Shown: piece by piece, positions 1 through 10,133 of the stretch
Numbering within the stretch: the stretch's first letter is position 1
How the letters are laid out: each line of letters begins with the position of its first letter
Assembly (NCBI GenBank): GCA_964516745.1
Contig: CAZEYD010000001.1
Coordinates: 17,234 to 81,233 of the forward strand
Direction: 5' to 3'
From: Candidatus Woesearchaeota archaeon
GTDB lineage: Archaea > Nanobdellota > Nanobdellia > Pacearchaeales > GW2011-AR1
DNA length: 64,000 nucleotides
The notes under the pieces: model-generated
Told to the model about the DNA's origin: nothing
The model's input: the letters and a program-made list of their open reading frames with translations, nothing else
The model's database searches: none
Position numbers and translations under genes: made by a program

Positions 1-163
1 TCTATCAGGAAATTCATCGTTTTTTACTTTCATATACGCAGATTTTGCAAATCCTAAAACACCGATATAATTTAAAATTGCATCTTCTATTTTCTTTTCA
101 GATTTTTCAACAATCAAAAGATATCTTCTTTTATCTCTTACAGACGGTTTTAATTTTAATTGT

Positions 164-3004
164 TTACTTTTTTTTATCATTAAATTTTTTAACCTCAGCT
201 TTAATCTCTTTATTTTTTTTATGAAGCGAAATAATAACTAATATAACAACAACAAGACCAATTATAACATTTACTATTGAAACAATAAGCACCTTGAAAT
301 TTAAACCTGGAAGTTTTTCCACTATTCTATTTCTTATTTTATTAATAAACGAGATTTTTGTAGGCTCATTTTCTTTAAGAATTTCAGTTTCAGGAACAAC
401 AACACTGTCTTCCTGTTTTTGTAAAGGATCAACATAATAAGGATTGACCTCTTTAATTTCTTTTATCATTATATTAGCATTACTTGAACCAAGAGAAATA
501 ACTTTAATATATAAATCATAAAATTCTGCCGAAGTCAAATTCATCTTTTTAGATTCATTCTCATGAAGATATATTACAACAGGATCACTTTGAATCTCAA
601 TTTCAGCAGCATCATAAATTACATTCTTCAACTTCACTTTATGAATGTCATTATTAGAATTCTTAAAATAAGTCTCTTGATTAACTCTATATTCCTTAGA
701 ATAACCTTCTTCCAATTTCTCCGTCATAACGGGATTAGACAAAACACCCAAAGAGGAACTTCCACCACCACCTCCACCACCACTACTAACAACAACACAA
801 TCACCACAATCAGTTGAACAACTACTACAACTTTCACCGTTATTACAAGTTCCATCACCACAATATAAAGTAGTATTCGTTGTAAAATTAACAACATCTG
901 TTTCATTACAATTCCCGGTCCTATCGCAATACAAAATTGTATAATTATAAACAGTACTAGAATTTAATTCACTAAAGTTTGCAGAATTACTAACATTAAA
1001 AACATCTGAAGTATTCAAAAGAACACTTTCATTAAAACTAACATTAACACTAAAATTGGTAGATTCCTCACTATCCCAATTAAATTCAACACTTTCATTA
1101 GTTGTAATATAACTAACATTTTCAATCGTCGGATAAGTTACATCATAAGAAATTGTATAATTCAAAGAAGTGTAATTTTGAGATGCATTATCAACAACAA
1201 AACAATTCCAACTATAATTTGTTTCATTTACAAAAGTGTAATTAAACACCGTCGTATTCGTCGTTCCGTTAATAGCATAAGTCAAATTATAAATCAAACC
1301 ACTAGAATTAAATAAAGAAAAAGTAACATTATCTAAATCATAACTATCACCCGTTGAAGAATTACAAGTAAAGTTTGTGTCATTCACATTAGTATACGTA
1401 TTATTACCAGGACTATCTATTTCCACAAAGATAGACATAATTGAAAAACTAAAATTATTCGCAGTAAAAGAATTGTTGTTTACATCATATGCAGAACACG
1501 TCCAATTATATTCAATCTTTGGTAAATCATTAACAGTCAAAACACTAGAATTAACAGAACCACTAACATTCCACGATGTCTCATTAACCAAATCAGTAGA
1601 ATTCCATAAATGAAAAGTCATATTTTTCAACTGCCAATCACTAACATTACAAACAAAAGTCTGATTAATTTCAGTGGTTTGCAAACCATCAACAGGCAAA
1701 GTCAAAACAACTTCAGGATTCGTAACATCCAAACTCAACAACGCATCATAGACATTAATACGAGAAAAATTATTACCATTATCAGTAATATTTAAACCAG
1801 TATCATACAAAACATCTTCAATATCAGCAGGAGTTTTTATCTGCCCCGACAAACTTAAATACTGATTAATTAAAGCAATCGCACCAGCAACAACAGGCGT
1901 CGCCATTGATGTTCCTTGCATTGGAGTATATCCACCTAAATATGAAGTAGAATTAATTTGATTAGTGGAGATACCTCCAATACCTAACAATTTTAATAAA
2001 TCTCCACGATTTGAATATGATGCAATATTATCTTCTTTATCGGTTGCTCCAATAGCTGTAGCATTAGTAATACAAGATGGCCAAGTTATCCCATAATTTT
2101 TATCATCATTTCCAGAAGCTATTGTAACAGAAATATTATTAGCAACAGCAGAATTAATAAGATTAGTAATCACAGAATTACCGTTTTCACAAATATTTTG
2201 ATTAGTAGTGTTATACCAAGAATCTGGATCGCCCAAACTAGCTGTAACAACACTAATATTATATGTCGCAGCATTTTCAATACACCACTGAATCCCATCC
2301 TCCAAATCATTAACATTCCCATGACCTGTTCTATCCATCATTTTGACAATTACCAAACCAACATCCGTCGCAACACCACTAATTCCACCACTAGCACCAA
2401 CAATACCAGCAACGTGTGTTCCATGACCAGCATCATCTTCAGCACTATCATCAGAAATATTATTATTTGGACAACAACCACCATTACCATAATCGGTTTC
2501 AGTACAAAAACATTTTTCATCCAATATTCTACCACTAAAATCAGAATGACTTGTATTAATTCCAGTATCTAAAATACATACAGATTGATGAAATCCCGTT
2601 AAATTAATATTACTATTCTGTAAATTCCAACTATCATTAGCTTCAACAATTTCAACAACATCTTGCATAAAAACTTTTAAAGGAATATTCCAATCAATTC
2701 TCTTAAAATTAGGATCCAATTTTAGTAATTCTAATTCATCTCTAGTAATTTCAATAACAAACTTATCATCTCTTTCTGCTATCTTATCAAAGCCTTTTTC
2801 CAAACTAGAAATAGAACGCATACTATGAAAACTATTAACATTCAAATATTCATCGTTATTCCTTCTAACAATAACCTTAACAGTATCCTGATTATCAAAA
2901 GCATCATAAACTAAATCACTAACTTCCGCCCCCTCAACAAAACCAATCACAACTAACAAAAACATCAACAGAAATACACACAATAAACCCTTATTCATCC
3001 TCAT
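164..3004 (-). CDS. Membrane-anchored S8 (subtilisin-like) serine protease with Ig-like repeats, Cys-rich motif and C-terminal TM helix
   Basis: Signal peptide; catalytic motifs ILDTGIN, HGTHVAGIVG, GTSMATPVVAG; CGDGTCNNGESCSSCSTDCGDC motif; poly-Gly linker; hydrophobic C-terminal helix and Lys-rich tail. Confidence 0.92.
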   Translation of the reverse strand: MRMNKGLLCVFLLMFLLVVIGFVEGAEVSDLVYDAFDNQDTVKVIVRRNNDEYLNVNSFHSMRSISSLEKGFDKIAERDDKFVIEITRDELELLKLDPNFKRIDWNIPLKVFMQDVVEIVEANDSWNLQNSNINLTGFHQSVCILDTGINTSHSDFSGRILDEKCFCTETDYGNGGCCPNNNISDDSAEDDAGHGTHVAGIVGASGGISGVATDVGLVIVKMMDRTGHGNVNDLEDGIQWCIENAATYNISVVTASLGDPDSWYNTTNQNICENGNSVITNLINSAVANNISVTIASGNDDKNYGITWPSCITNATAIGATDKEDNIASYSNRGDLLKLLGIGGISTNQINSTSYLGGYTPMQGTSMATPVVAGAIALINQYLSLSGQIKTPADIEDVLYDTGLNITDNGNNFSRINVYDALLSLDVTNPEVVLTLPVDGLQTTEINQTFVCNVSDWQLKNMTFHLWNSTDLVNETSWNVSGSVNSSVLTVNDLPKIEYNWTCSAYDVNNNSFTANNFSFSIMSIFVEIDSPGNNTYTNVNDTNFTCNSSTGDSYDLDNVTFSLFNSSGLIYNLTYAINGTTNTTVFNYTFVNETNYSWNCFVVDNASQNYTSLNYTISYDVTYPTIENVSYITTNESVEFNWDSEESTNFSVNVSFNESVLLNTSDVFNVSNSANFSELNSSTVYNYTILYCDRTGNCNETDVVNFTTNTTLYCGDGTCNNGESCSSCSTDCGDCVVVSSGGGGGGGSSSLGVLSNPVMTEKLEEGYSKEYRVNQETYFKNSNNDIHKVKLKNVIYDAAEIEIQSDPVVIYLHENESKKMNLTSAEFYDLYIKVISLGSSNANIMIKEIKEVNPYYVDPLQKQEDSVVVPETEILKENEPTKISFINKIRNRIVEKLPGLNFKVLIVSIVNVIIGLVVVILVIISLHKKNKEIKAEVKKFNDKKK

Positions 3005-3311
3005 AAAAAAACAACATCATTATTTATTATAAGGTTTGTGATTCTTAAAACAATAATATCAATCTTTTTAATTATTATCTTTATTGTAAAAAACTTATCC
3101 CAAAACCGCCATGGAATTGATTGCATTATCTAAATGGTAATTCAAAGCAAGAATGGGTGGGTATTTGCAGGTTTACCTGCAAAATAGTGGGCATTTTGCA
3201 ATCAATGATTAAAAAACAATTACCACCCTTCTTACCAAAACCTTTCTTTTCAAAGGAAACAATATCCTTCCAATCGACAAACCTTAAAAACCCTTATCCA
3301 TTTCTAACAAC

Positions 3312-4514
3312 ATGACAATAGACCTTTCAAAATTAGAAACAATAAACATCGGAATAGTCGGACATATCGACCACGGGAAAACAACACTTCTACAACAACT
3401 ATCCGGAAAATGGGCAGACACACACTCTCAAGAACTAAAACGAGGAATCACAATAAAACTAGGATATGCCGACGCAATTATAAGAGAAGAAAAAGGAGCT
3501 TATACAATAGACCAAAAAAGCAAAGGAAAACCTATAAGATATATAACATACATCGACGCTCCAGGACATGAGATGCTAATGGCAACAATGTTATCAGGCG
3601 CAGCAATAATAGATGCGGCAATATTATTAGTAGCAGCAAATGAGGGAATAAAACCACAAACACGAGAACATCTAGTGGCTCTCCAAGCAAAAAATATCAA
3701 AAATATAATTATAGCACAAAATAAAATCGATTTAGTAACAAAAGAACAGGCATTAGAAAACTATCAACAAATCAAAAATTTTGTAAAAGGCACCATCGCA
3801 GAAAATGCACCAATCATCCCAATCTCAGCACAACAAGGAGTAAACTTAAACAAACTCTTAGAAGAATTATGCAAATTACCAATAAAAAAAGTAAACAAAA
3901 ACGATGAACCAATATTCTTAATCGCACGAAGTTTCGACATTAATAAACCAGGGACCAAAATAAGTGAATTACATGGAGGTGTTTTAGGAGGTATACTAAA
4001 ACAGGGTTCATTAAAAATCGGAGATACTATAGAAATAAAACCTGGATATTCACAAAAAAAACATAATGAATTTGTGTATAAACCTATCACATCAAAAATA
4101 ACATCAATCTACAAAGGAATTATAGAAGTAAAAGAAGCAACACCTGGTGGAAGTCTTGCAATAGAAACAGAATTAGATCCATCACTAACAAAAGCCGACG
4201 CACTCTCAGGGGGAATCGCATCATCAGAAGGTAAATTACCAGAAATAACAAGTACGATAAATCTAAAATATAAATTATTCCCAAAAGCAATTGGAGATAA
4301 CAACAATCTAGAAATAAAACCATTAGCACAAGGAGAATTATTAATGTTAAGCATAAATACATCAATCACAGTTGGACAAGTATCAAAAATATCGAAAGAT
4401 AATCTAGAAATGTCATTAAAGATACCTATCGTCCCATTAAAAGATGATTCAATAGGAATCGCAAAAAACTTCAACGGTCATTGGAGATTAATTGGATTTG
4501 GGAAAATAGAATAA
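3312..4514 (+). CDS. eif2g: Translation initiation factor aIF2 gamma subunit
   Basis: GHIDHGKTT, RGITIKLGYAD, DAPGHE, NKID motifs; C-terminal WRLIGFG. Confidence 0.96.
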   Translation: MTIDLSKLETINIGIVGHIDHGKTTLLQQLSGKWADTHSQELKRGITIKLGYADAIIREEKGAYTIDQKSKGKPIRYITYIDAPGHEMLMATMLSGAAIIDAAILLVAANEGIKPQTREHLVALQAKNIKNIIIAQNKIDLVTKEQALENYQQIKNFVKGTIAENAPIIPISAQQGVNLNKLLEELCKLPIKKVNKNDEPIFLIARSFDINKPGTKISELHGGVLGGILKQGSLKIGDTIEIKPGYSQKKHNEFVYKPITSKITSIYKGIIEVKEATPGGSLAIETELDPSLTKADALSGGIASSEGKLPEITSTINLKYKLFPKAIGDNNNLEIKPLAQGELLMLSINTSITVGQVSKISKDNLEMSLKIPIVPLKDDSIGIAKNFNGHWRLIGFGKIE

Positions 4515-4540
4515 AAAGAAAACAATCTCTAGTAAATTTC

Positions 4541-4915
4541 TCAATTATTTCGATGAATAATCTTCTCAATCATTTCTTCTAAACCTACTCTATTACATTC
4601 CAATTGTTCCATTTTAAAAAAACCATAATTATCATTATCATCAGCAATCTCTAACTTTTTTCCAACTTCCTCAAACTCTACCGAACTAATTAAGTCTATA
4701 CAATTATGTTGTGCAATCTTTATTCCCACATTTTCTTCTGGTATATTATTTCCCAAAACATACAAAACATTTTTTTCCCCTTCGATAGCTAAATGAAGAT
4801 AATCATATTTTCCATTGTCTTTTTTTATATAAAATAAATAACTATCTGAGAACCCAACCTGAAAAACTACATTAGCAAATTTATCGGCTATTCCAATATA
4901 ATAATCTTTTTTCAT
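4541..4915 (-). CDS. Hypothetical protein (124 aa)
   Basis: Clean ORF filling the gap between eif2g and gyrA; no motif recognised. Confidence 0.7.
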   Translation of the reverse strand: MKKDYYIGIADKFANVVFQVGFSDSYLFYIKKDNGKYDYLHLAIEGEKNVLYVLGNNIPEENVGIKIAQHNCIDLISSVEFEEVGKKLEIADDNDNYGFFKMEQLECNRVGLEEMIEKIIHRNN

Positions 4916-4971
4916 ACAAAGCGCCTAAAACATAAACAGTTTATAAAAAAATATATTATCTAAAACACACA

Positions 4972-7662
4972 TTAAACCTTCAACTTTCTCTGCCCACTAA
5001 TCTCAATCTTATCTACAGCCTCATCAGTAGGAACTCTTGCAATATCACTAACACCATCATCACCAGTCAAATTAATCATCCTCACTCCTTGAGTAACACG
5101 ACCCATCACACGAATCTTACCCAATGCCATTCTTATAACAATTCCCTTAATCGTTGTAACCAAAACAGCATCATCATTAACAACACTAGTAGATTTAATC
5201 ACTTCACCAGTTTTATCAGTAACTTTCATATTAATAATTCCTTTCCCAGCACGACCAGTTAATCTATAATCATCAATAGCACTTCTTTTTCCATAACCAT
5301 TTTTAGTAATTGTTAAAATAGATGATTTTATTTTATTTTCTAAAGGCAAAACTTCCAAACTAACAACTTTATCGCCCTTATGCATCTTGACTCCAGTCAC
5401 ACCATAACTAGCACGACCCATTGCTCGAACTTCATTACTATTAAATCTAATTGCTTGACCATCCTTAGTAACTAGCAAAACCTCTTGATTCTCTTTAATT
5501 CTCTTAACTTGTATCAAAGTATCATTACTCTCGGCCAGCTTAATCGCCTTTATTCCACCCTTACGAGGAGAGCTAAATGCAGATAATTCAATCTTTTTCA
5601 CAATACCTTTCTCAGTAGCCATCATTAAATAATTACTAAATTCTTTAACAGCAATAACACTAGCAATTTGTTCATCCTTTAAATCCAATACATTAACAAT
5701 AGCTCTACCTTTTGCACTTTTAGAACTCGCAGGAACCTCATGAGCCTTCAACCAATGAACCCTTCCCTTATCAGTAAAAAACAACATATAGTCATGAGTA
5801 GAACAAGTAATCAAATCAGCAACGAAATCTTCTTCGGTTAAATCAGAACCAATGACTCCCTTTCCTCCTCTTCTCTGTTCCCTATAATCATTAACATCAA
5901 TTCTCTTAATATAACCCTTATCTGTTATTGTCACAACAACATCTTTTTTATCAACCAAATCCGCTTCAGAAAAATCATTGACATCACCAACAATTTTAGT
6001 CCTTCGTCTATCACCATATTTCTCTTTCAAACCTTCCAAATCTTTCTTAATAATTTTCAAAATCAATTGTTCATCACCTAAAATATTTCTTAATTTCTCA
6101 ATTATTTTTGTTAACTCTTCAGATTCATCTTTCAATTTATCAAATTCTAGAGACGTTAAACTAGATAATTTCATATCTAAAATTGCTTCAGTTTGCTTTT
6201 GAGATAATTCATATTTAGCAACCAAAACATTCAAAGCATCCGTTCTTGATTTAGACGCTCTAATTAATCTGATAACTTCATCTATGTTTTTCTGAGCAAC
6301 TAATAAACCCTCAACAATATGTAACCTTTTTTCAGCCTTATCCAAATCGAATTCCTTCATTTTTCTAATAACATTTTGTCTATGAGTTACATAAACACCA
6401 ATTAATTGTTTTAAATTTAATAATTGTGGTTTCTTACCAACCAAAGCCAACATATTTGCATTAAAACTAGTTCTCAAATTAGTATACTTATATAAACGAT
6501 TAATAGTAAATTTCGGTTCCGTATCCCTCCTCATTTCAATAACAATTCGAACTTTTCCTTTACTGGATTCATCCCTAATATCATAAACATCAGGCAATTT
6601 CTTATCCCTTACTAAATTTGCAATTTGTTCAACTAAAACAGATTTATTCACTTGATAAGGAATTTCACTAATTACTATTTTTGATTTATCTGTTTTCTTT
6701 TTAGACTCCTCAATATCAACCTTACCATCCAAAATCATTCGTCCTTTTCCTTCTTCATACATTTGTTTAAACTGACCAGACACACTACCACCAGTTGGAA
6801 AATCGGGAGCCTTAATCAATTTAGATAATTCTTTAATTTCACACACAGGATTATCAATATAATATAAAATCGCATCACAAGTATTATTCAAATTATGTGG
6901 TGGCATATTAGTAGCCATACCAACAGCAATACCGGATGCACCATTCAAAAGTAAATTCGGAATCTTACCAGGCATCAAAACAGGTTCTTCCTCTTCATTA
7001 GAATAATTAGAACGCATTTCAACTGTTCTTTTTTCGATAGATTCAAGCATCTCATCTGTAATTTTTTCCATTTTTGCTTCGGTATACCTATCAGCCGCAG
7101 CACCATCACCATCCATAGAACCAAAATTACCTTGACCCAAAACAAGCGGATATCTTAAAGACCAAGGTTGAGCCATACGCACCATAGCATCATAAATAGC
7201 AACATTACCGTGTGGATGATATTTTCCCATTGTATCACCAACAATACGAGCAGATTTTTTTGTCTGTTTACTATATTGAACACCCATTTTATACATCGCC
7301 CACAAAATTCTTCGATGAACTGGTTTTAAACCATCTTCAGCACTTGGCAATGCTCTTCCAACAATAACACTCATAGCATAATCCAAATAAGCCTGTTTCA
7401 TTTCAGGAGAAATTTCAGCATTAATCAATTCTTTAGCTTGAACATCTCTTTGCAACATTTTTTGTTTATCTTCATATTGTTCTTGTTCTTGCTCTGCTTT
7501 ATCAATATTTTCAACATTCTCAACACCAACAGCCTCTACAACATCAGTATCCAATACCTTTTCTTCTTTATTATTATTCTTTTCGTCTTCCTCTTGCTCT
7601 TTTCTTAATTCTTCCAATAATTTTTTAGTCTCTTCTGGCATATCATCATCAAAATTATCCAT
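4972..7662 (-). CDS. gyrA: DNA gyrase subunit A with acidic N-terminal extension
   Basis: YLDYAMSVIVGRALP, DGLKPVHRRIL, GKYHPHG, catalytic RYTEAK, GyrA-box QRRGGKG and propeller repeats in the CTD. Confidence 0.97.
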   Translation of the reverse strand: MDNFDDDMPEETKKLLEELRKEQEEDEKNNNKEEKVLDTDVVEAVGVENVENIDKAEQEQEQYEDKQKMLQRDVQAKELINAEISPEMKQAYLDYAMSVIVGRALPSAEDGLKPVHRRILWAMYKMGVQYSKQTKKSARIVGDTMGKYHPHGNVAIYDAMVRMAQPWSLRYPLVLGQGNFGSMDGDGAAADRYTEAKMEKITDEMLESIEKRTVEMRSNYSNEEEEPVLMPGKIPNLLLNGASGIAVGMATNMPPHNLNNTCDAILYYIDNPVCEIKELSKLIKAPDFPTGGSVSGQFKQMYEEGKGRMILDGKVDIEESKKKTDKSKIVISEIPYQVNKSVLVEQIANLVRDKKLPDVYDIRDESSKGKVRIVIEMRRDTEPKFTINRLYKYTNLRTSFNANMLALVGKKPQLLNLKQLIGVYVTHRQNVIRKMKEFDLDKAEKRLHIVEGLLVAQKNIDEVIRLIRASKSRTDALNVLVAKYELSQKQTEAILDMKLSSLTSLEFDKLKDESEELTKIIEKLRNILGDEQLILKIIKKDLEGLKEKYGDRRRTKIVGDVNDFSEADLVDKKDVVVTITDKGYIKRIDVNDYREQRRGGKGVIGSDLTEEDFVADLITCSTHDYMLFFTDKGRVHWLKAHEVPASSKSAKGRAIVNVLDLKDEQIASVIAVKEFSNYLMMATEKGIVKKIELSAFSSPRKGGIKAIKLAESNDTLIQVKRIKENQEVLLVTKDGQAIRFNSNEVRAMGRASYGVTGVKMHKGDKVVSLEVLPLENKIKSSILTITKNGYGKRSAIDDYRLTGRAGKGIINMKVTDKTGEVIKSTSVVNDDAVLVTTIKGIVIRMALGKIRVMGRVTQGVRMINLTGDDGVSDIARVPTDEAVDKIEISGQRKLKV

Positions 7663-7966
7663 GTTTTGCCCCCTTACTCTCCAATTTGGGGTACACCGAG
7701 CGGTGCGTCCCTTTTTTCTTTTTTAAATTCTGAGGTTTAACTACAACAATCGGAAACTCAAAACCACTATTACCACACTTGGTACATTCAACTCTTGGAA
7801 GCAATCCAAACAAATTCTTCATTTTAAATACAAATTTTACTTCAGTACTTTTACACTCCGGACAGAACCTAACTTTAATTGGCTTCTCATTTTGACAACT
7901 ACATTCCTTTTTAGAATCATTTTTCTCTCCGCATAATTCACAAACAGATTGTTTCTCCTTTACCAT
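7655..7966 (-). CDS. Small double zinc-finger/zinc-ribbon protein between gyrB and gyrA
   Basis: CxxC...CxC and CxxC...CxxC motifs; start overlaps gyrB stop (TAATG) and end overlaps gyrA start. Confidence 0.8.
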   Translation of the reverse strand: MVKEKQSVCELCGEKNDSKKECSCQNEKPIKVRFCPECKSTEVKFVFKMKNLFGLLPRVECTKCGNSGFEFPIVVVKPQNLKKKKGTHRSVYPKLESKGAKHG

Positions 7967-9867
7967 TACAAATCCACCTCTGCATGTTCAGCATTTTCTT
8001 CAATAAATTGTCTTCTAGGAGCAACAGCATCTCCCATTAAAAGCGAGAATGTTTCATCAGCTTCAACAGCATCTTGAATAGATACCTGTTTCAATATCCT
8101 CGTTTTTGGATTCATCGTCGTATCCCATAATTGCTCATCATTCATTTCACCTAAACCTTTAAATCGGCCAACTTCACCTTTACTGTTTAATTCTTTTACT
8201 TTAGTCTTTAATTCGTCGTTAGTATATACATAATATATCTTATTACCCTTTTTTATAGAATATAGAGGAGCAACAGCAACAAAAATTCTACCGTCTTCAA
8301 CCAATTGAGGAAGATATCTAAAAAAGAATGTTAATAACAAAGTCTTAATATGCGCACCATCTACATCAGCATCTGTCATAATAATTATCTTACCATATCT
8401 CAACTTATTAATATCAAATATTTCACCTACACCTGTACCTATCGCTGTAACTAAATTAGATATCATCTCACTACCTAAAGCTCTAGATGGGTTACTTTTT
8501 TCAACATTCAATATTTTACCTCTTAACGGTAAAATTGCCTGAGTTTCTCTATCCCTACCAGATTTTGCAGTTCCACCAGCAGAGTCTCCCTCAACAACAT
8601 AAAGTTCAGTATTCTCAGTTTTTCTCGAAGAGCAATCAGCTAACTTCCCTGGCAAACCACCACCAGACAAAGCATTTTTTCTTCTAACTAAATCTTTAGC
8701 TCTTTTTGCAGCTTCTCTTGCCTTTAATGCACTTAAACATTTATTAATAATATTTTTAGCAACACTAGGGTTCTCTTCAAAAAACTCAGTCAACGCAGTC
8801 GTAGCCATAGAATCAATTAAACCCTTAACTTCTCCATTACCCAACTTTGTTTTCGTCTGACCTTCAAATTGAGGCTCAGCTAATTTTAAAGAAATAATTG
8901 CAGTAATACCTTCCCTAACATCATCACCAGAAAGTTTTTGATCTTTCTTTAACATACCTTTTTTGGTCCCATAATCGTTAACGACCCTCGTCAAGGCGGT
9001 CTTTAAACCAGAAACATGAGTTCCTCCCTCAACGGTATTTATCGTATTAACAAATCCTTGTATATTCTCATTATAAGAATCTGTATATTGAATTGCAACT
9101 TCAGCAATAGTAGATCCTTCCTGTTTTTTAAAATAAATTATTTTTTGATGAACTGAATTTCTTGTCCTATTTAACCATTTAACAAACTCCTGTAAACCAC
9201 CTTCATAATGAAATTCGTTTTTCTTAACAACTTCTTTACGATTATCAACAAAAATAATTTTCAAACCAGCGTTCAAAAAACACATTTCTCTAAAACGAGT
9301 AGCAATTGTACTATAATCAAATTCTACAGTCGTAAAAATAGTGTCATCAGGCATAAACGTAACCTTCGTCCCGTTTGGACCATTACTATATTTTCCAATT
9401 ACTTTTATATCTGCAATAGGTTTTCCAATACTATAACTCTGAGAATAGATCTTTCCATCCTTTCTTACTTCAACTGTCATAAGACTAGATAATGCTGCGA
9501 CAACAGATATTCCAACACCATGTAAGCCACCAGAAACAGCATAAGCCTTACCATCGAATTTTCCACCAGCATGTAATTTCGTCACAATAATTTCCATTGC
9601 TGGCCTCTTATATATAGGATGCATATCAACAGGCATACCACGACCACAATCCTCAATAGTCATCGAACCATCCTTATTAATTGTAGCTTTAATAACATCA
9701 CCAACTCCAATCATATGTTCATCAATAGAATTATCAACTACCTCCCATACTAAATGATGTAAGCCAGGCTTATCAGTAGAACCAATATACATACCCGGTC
9801 TTTTTCGGACTGCTTCCAATCCTTCCAAAACCTTAATATTTTCTGCAGAATACTTTCCTTTACTCAT
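7966..9867 (-). CDS. gyrB: DNA gyrase subunit B
   Basis: LEGLEAVRKRPGMYIG, GGLHGVG, VEGDSAGG, PLRGKILNVEK, MTDADVDG, RFKGLGEM. Confidence 0.97.
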   Translation of the reverse strand: MSKGKYSAENIKVLEGLEAVRKRPGMYIGSTDKPGLHHLVWEVVDNSIDEHMIGVGDVIKATINKDGSMTIEDCGRGMPVDMHPIYKRPAMEIIVTKLHAGGKFDGKAYAVSGGLHGVGISVVAALSSLMTVEVRKDGKIYSQSYSIGKPIADIKVIGKYSNGPNGTKVTFMPDDTIFTTVEFDYSTIATRFREMCFLNAGLKIIFVDNRKEVVKKNEFHYEGGLQEFVKWLNRTRNSVHQKIIYFKKQEGSTIAEVAIQYTDSYNENIQGFVNTINTVEGGTHVSGLKTALTRVVNDYGTKKGMLKKDQKLSGDDVREGITAIISLKLAEPQFEGQTKTKLGNGEVKGLIDSMATTALTEFFEENPSVAKNIINKCLSALKAREAAKRAKDLVRRKNALSGGGLPGKLADCSSRKTENTELYVVEGDSAGGTAKSGRDRETQAILPLRGKILNVEKSNPSRALGSEMISNLVTAIGTGVGEIFDINKLRYGKIIIMTDADVDGAHIKTLLLTFFFRYLPQLVEDGRIFVAVAPLYSIKKGNKIYYVYTNDELKTKVKELNSKGEVGRFKGLGEMNDEQLWDTTMNPKTRILKQVSIQDAVEADETFSLLMGDAVAPRRQFIEENAEHAEVDL

Positions 9868-10133
9868 AACAAATTTCCTCTTTCACAACTAGAAAAACAT
9901 ACTCTTGTTTATAAACATTTCTATGCTAAAAACCCGTTTTACCGACGACAAAAGATAAGATATCCTCTCTATTTAGTAATTAAATAACTTATTAAAAAAA
10001 GAAATAATAATTGAGACTTTTTACAAATAAATACTTATTTCTGTTTCTTTTATTTCACTTTCACATACACAAATAAAGACTAAACAACATAATAAAACCA
10101 CACCCTTTTATACCCCTATTATTAGATAATATT

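Noticed and set aside
3121-3315. 64-aa ORF upstream of eif2g
   Set aside because: TTG start, no motif, overlaps promoter-like AT tracts and the structured element; probably spurious
4972-9867. Presence of DNA gyrase in an archaeon as a novelty
   Set aside because: Gyrase is already known in several archaeal groups including some DPANN; only the inserted gene and the GyrA extension and QRDR are flagged
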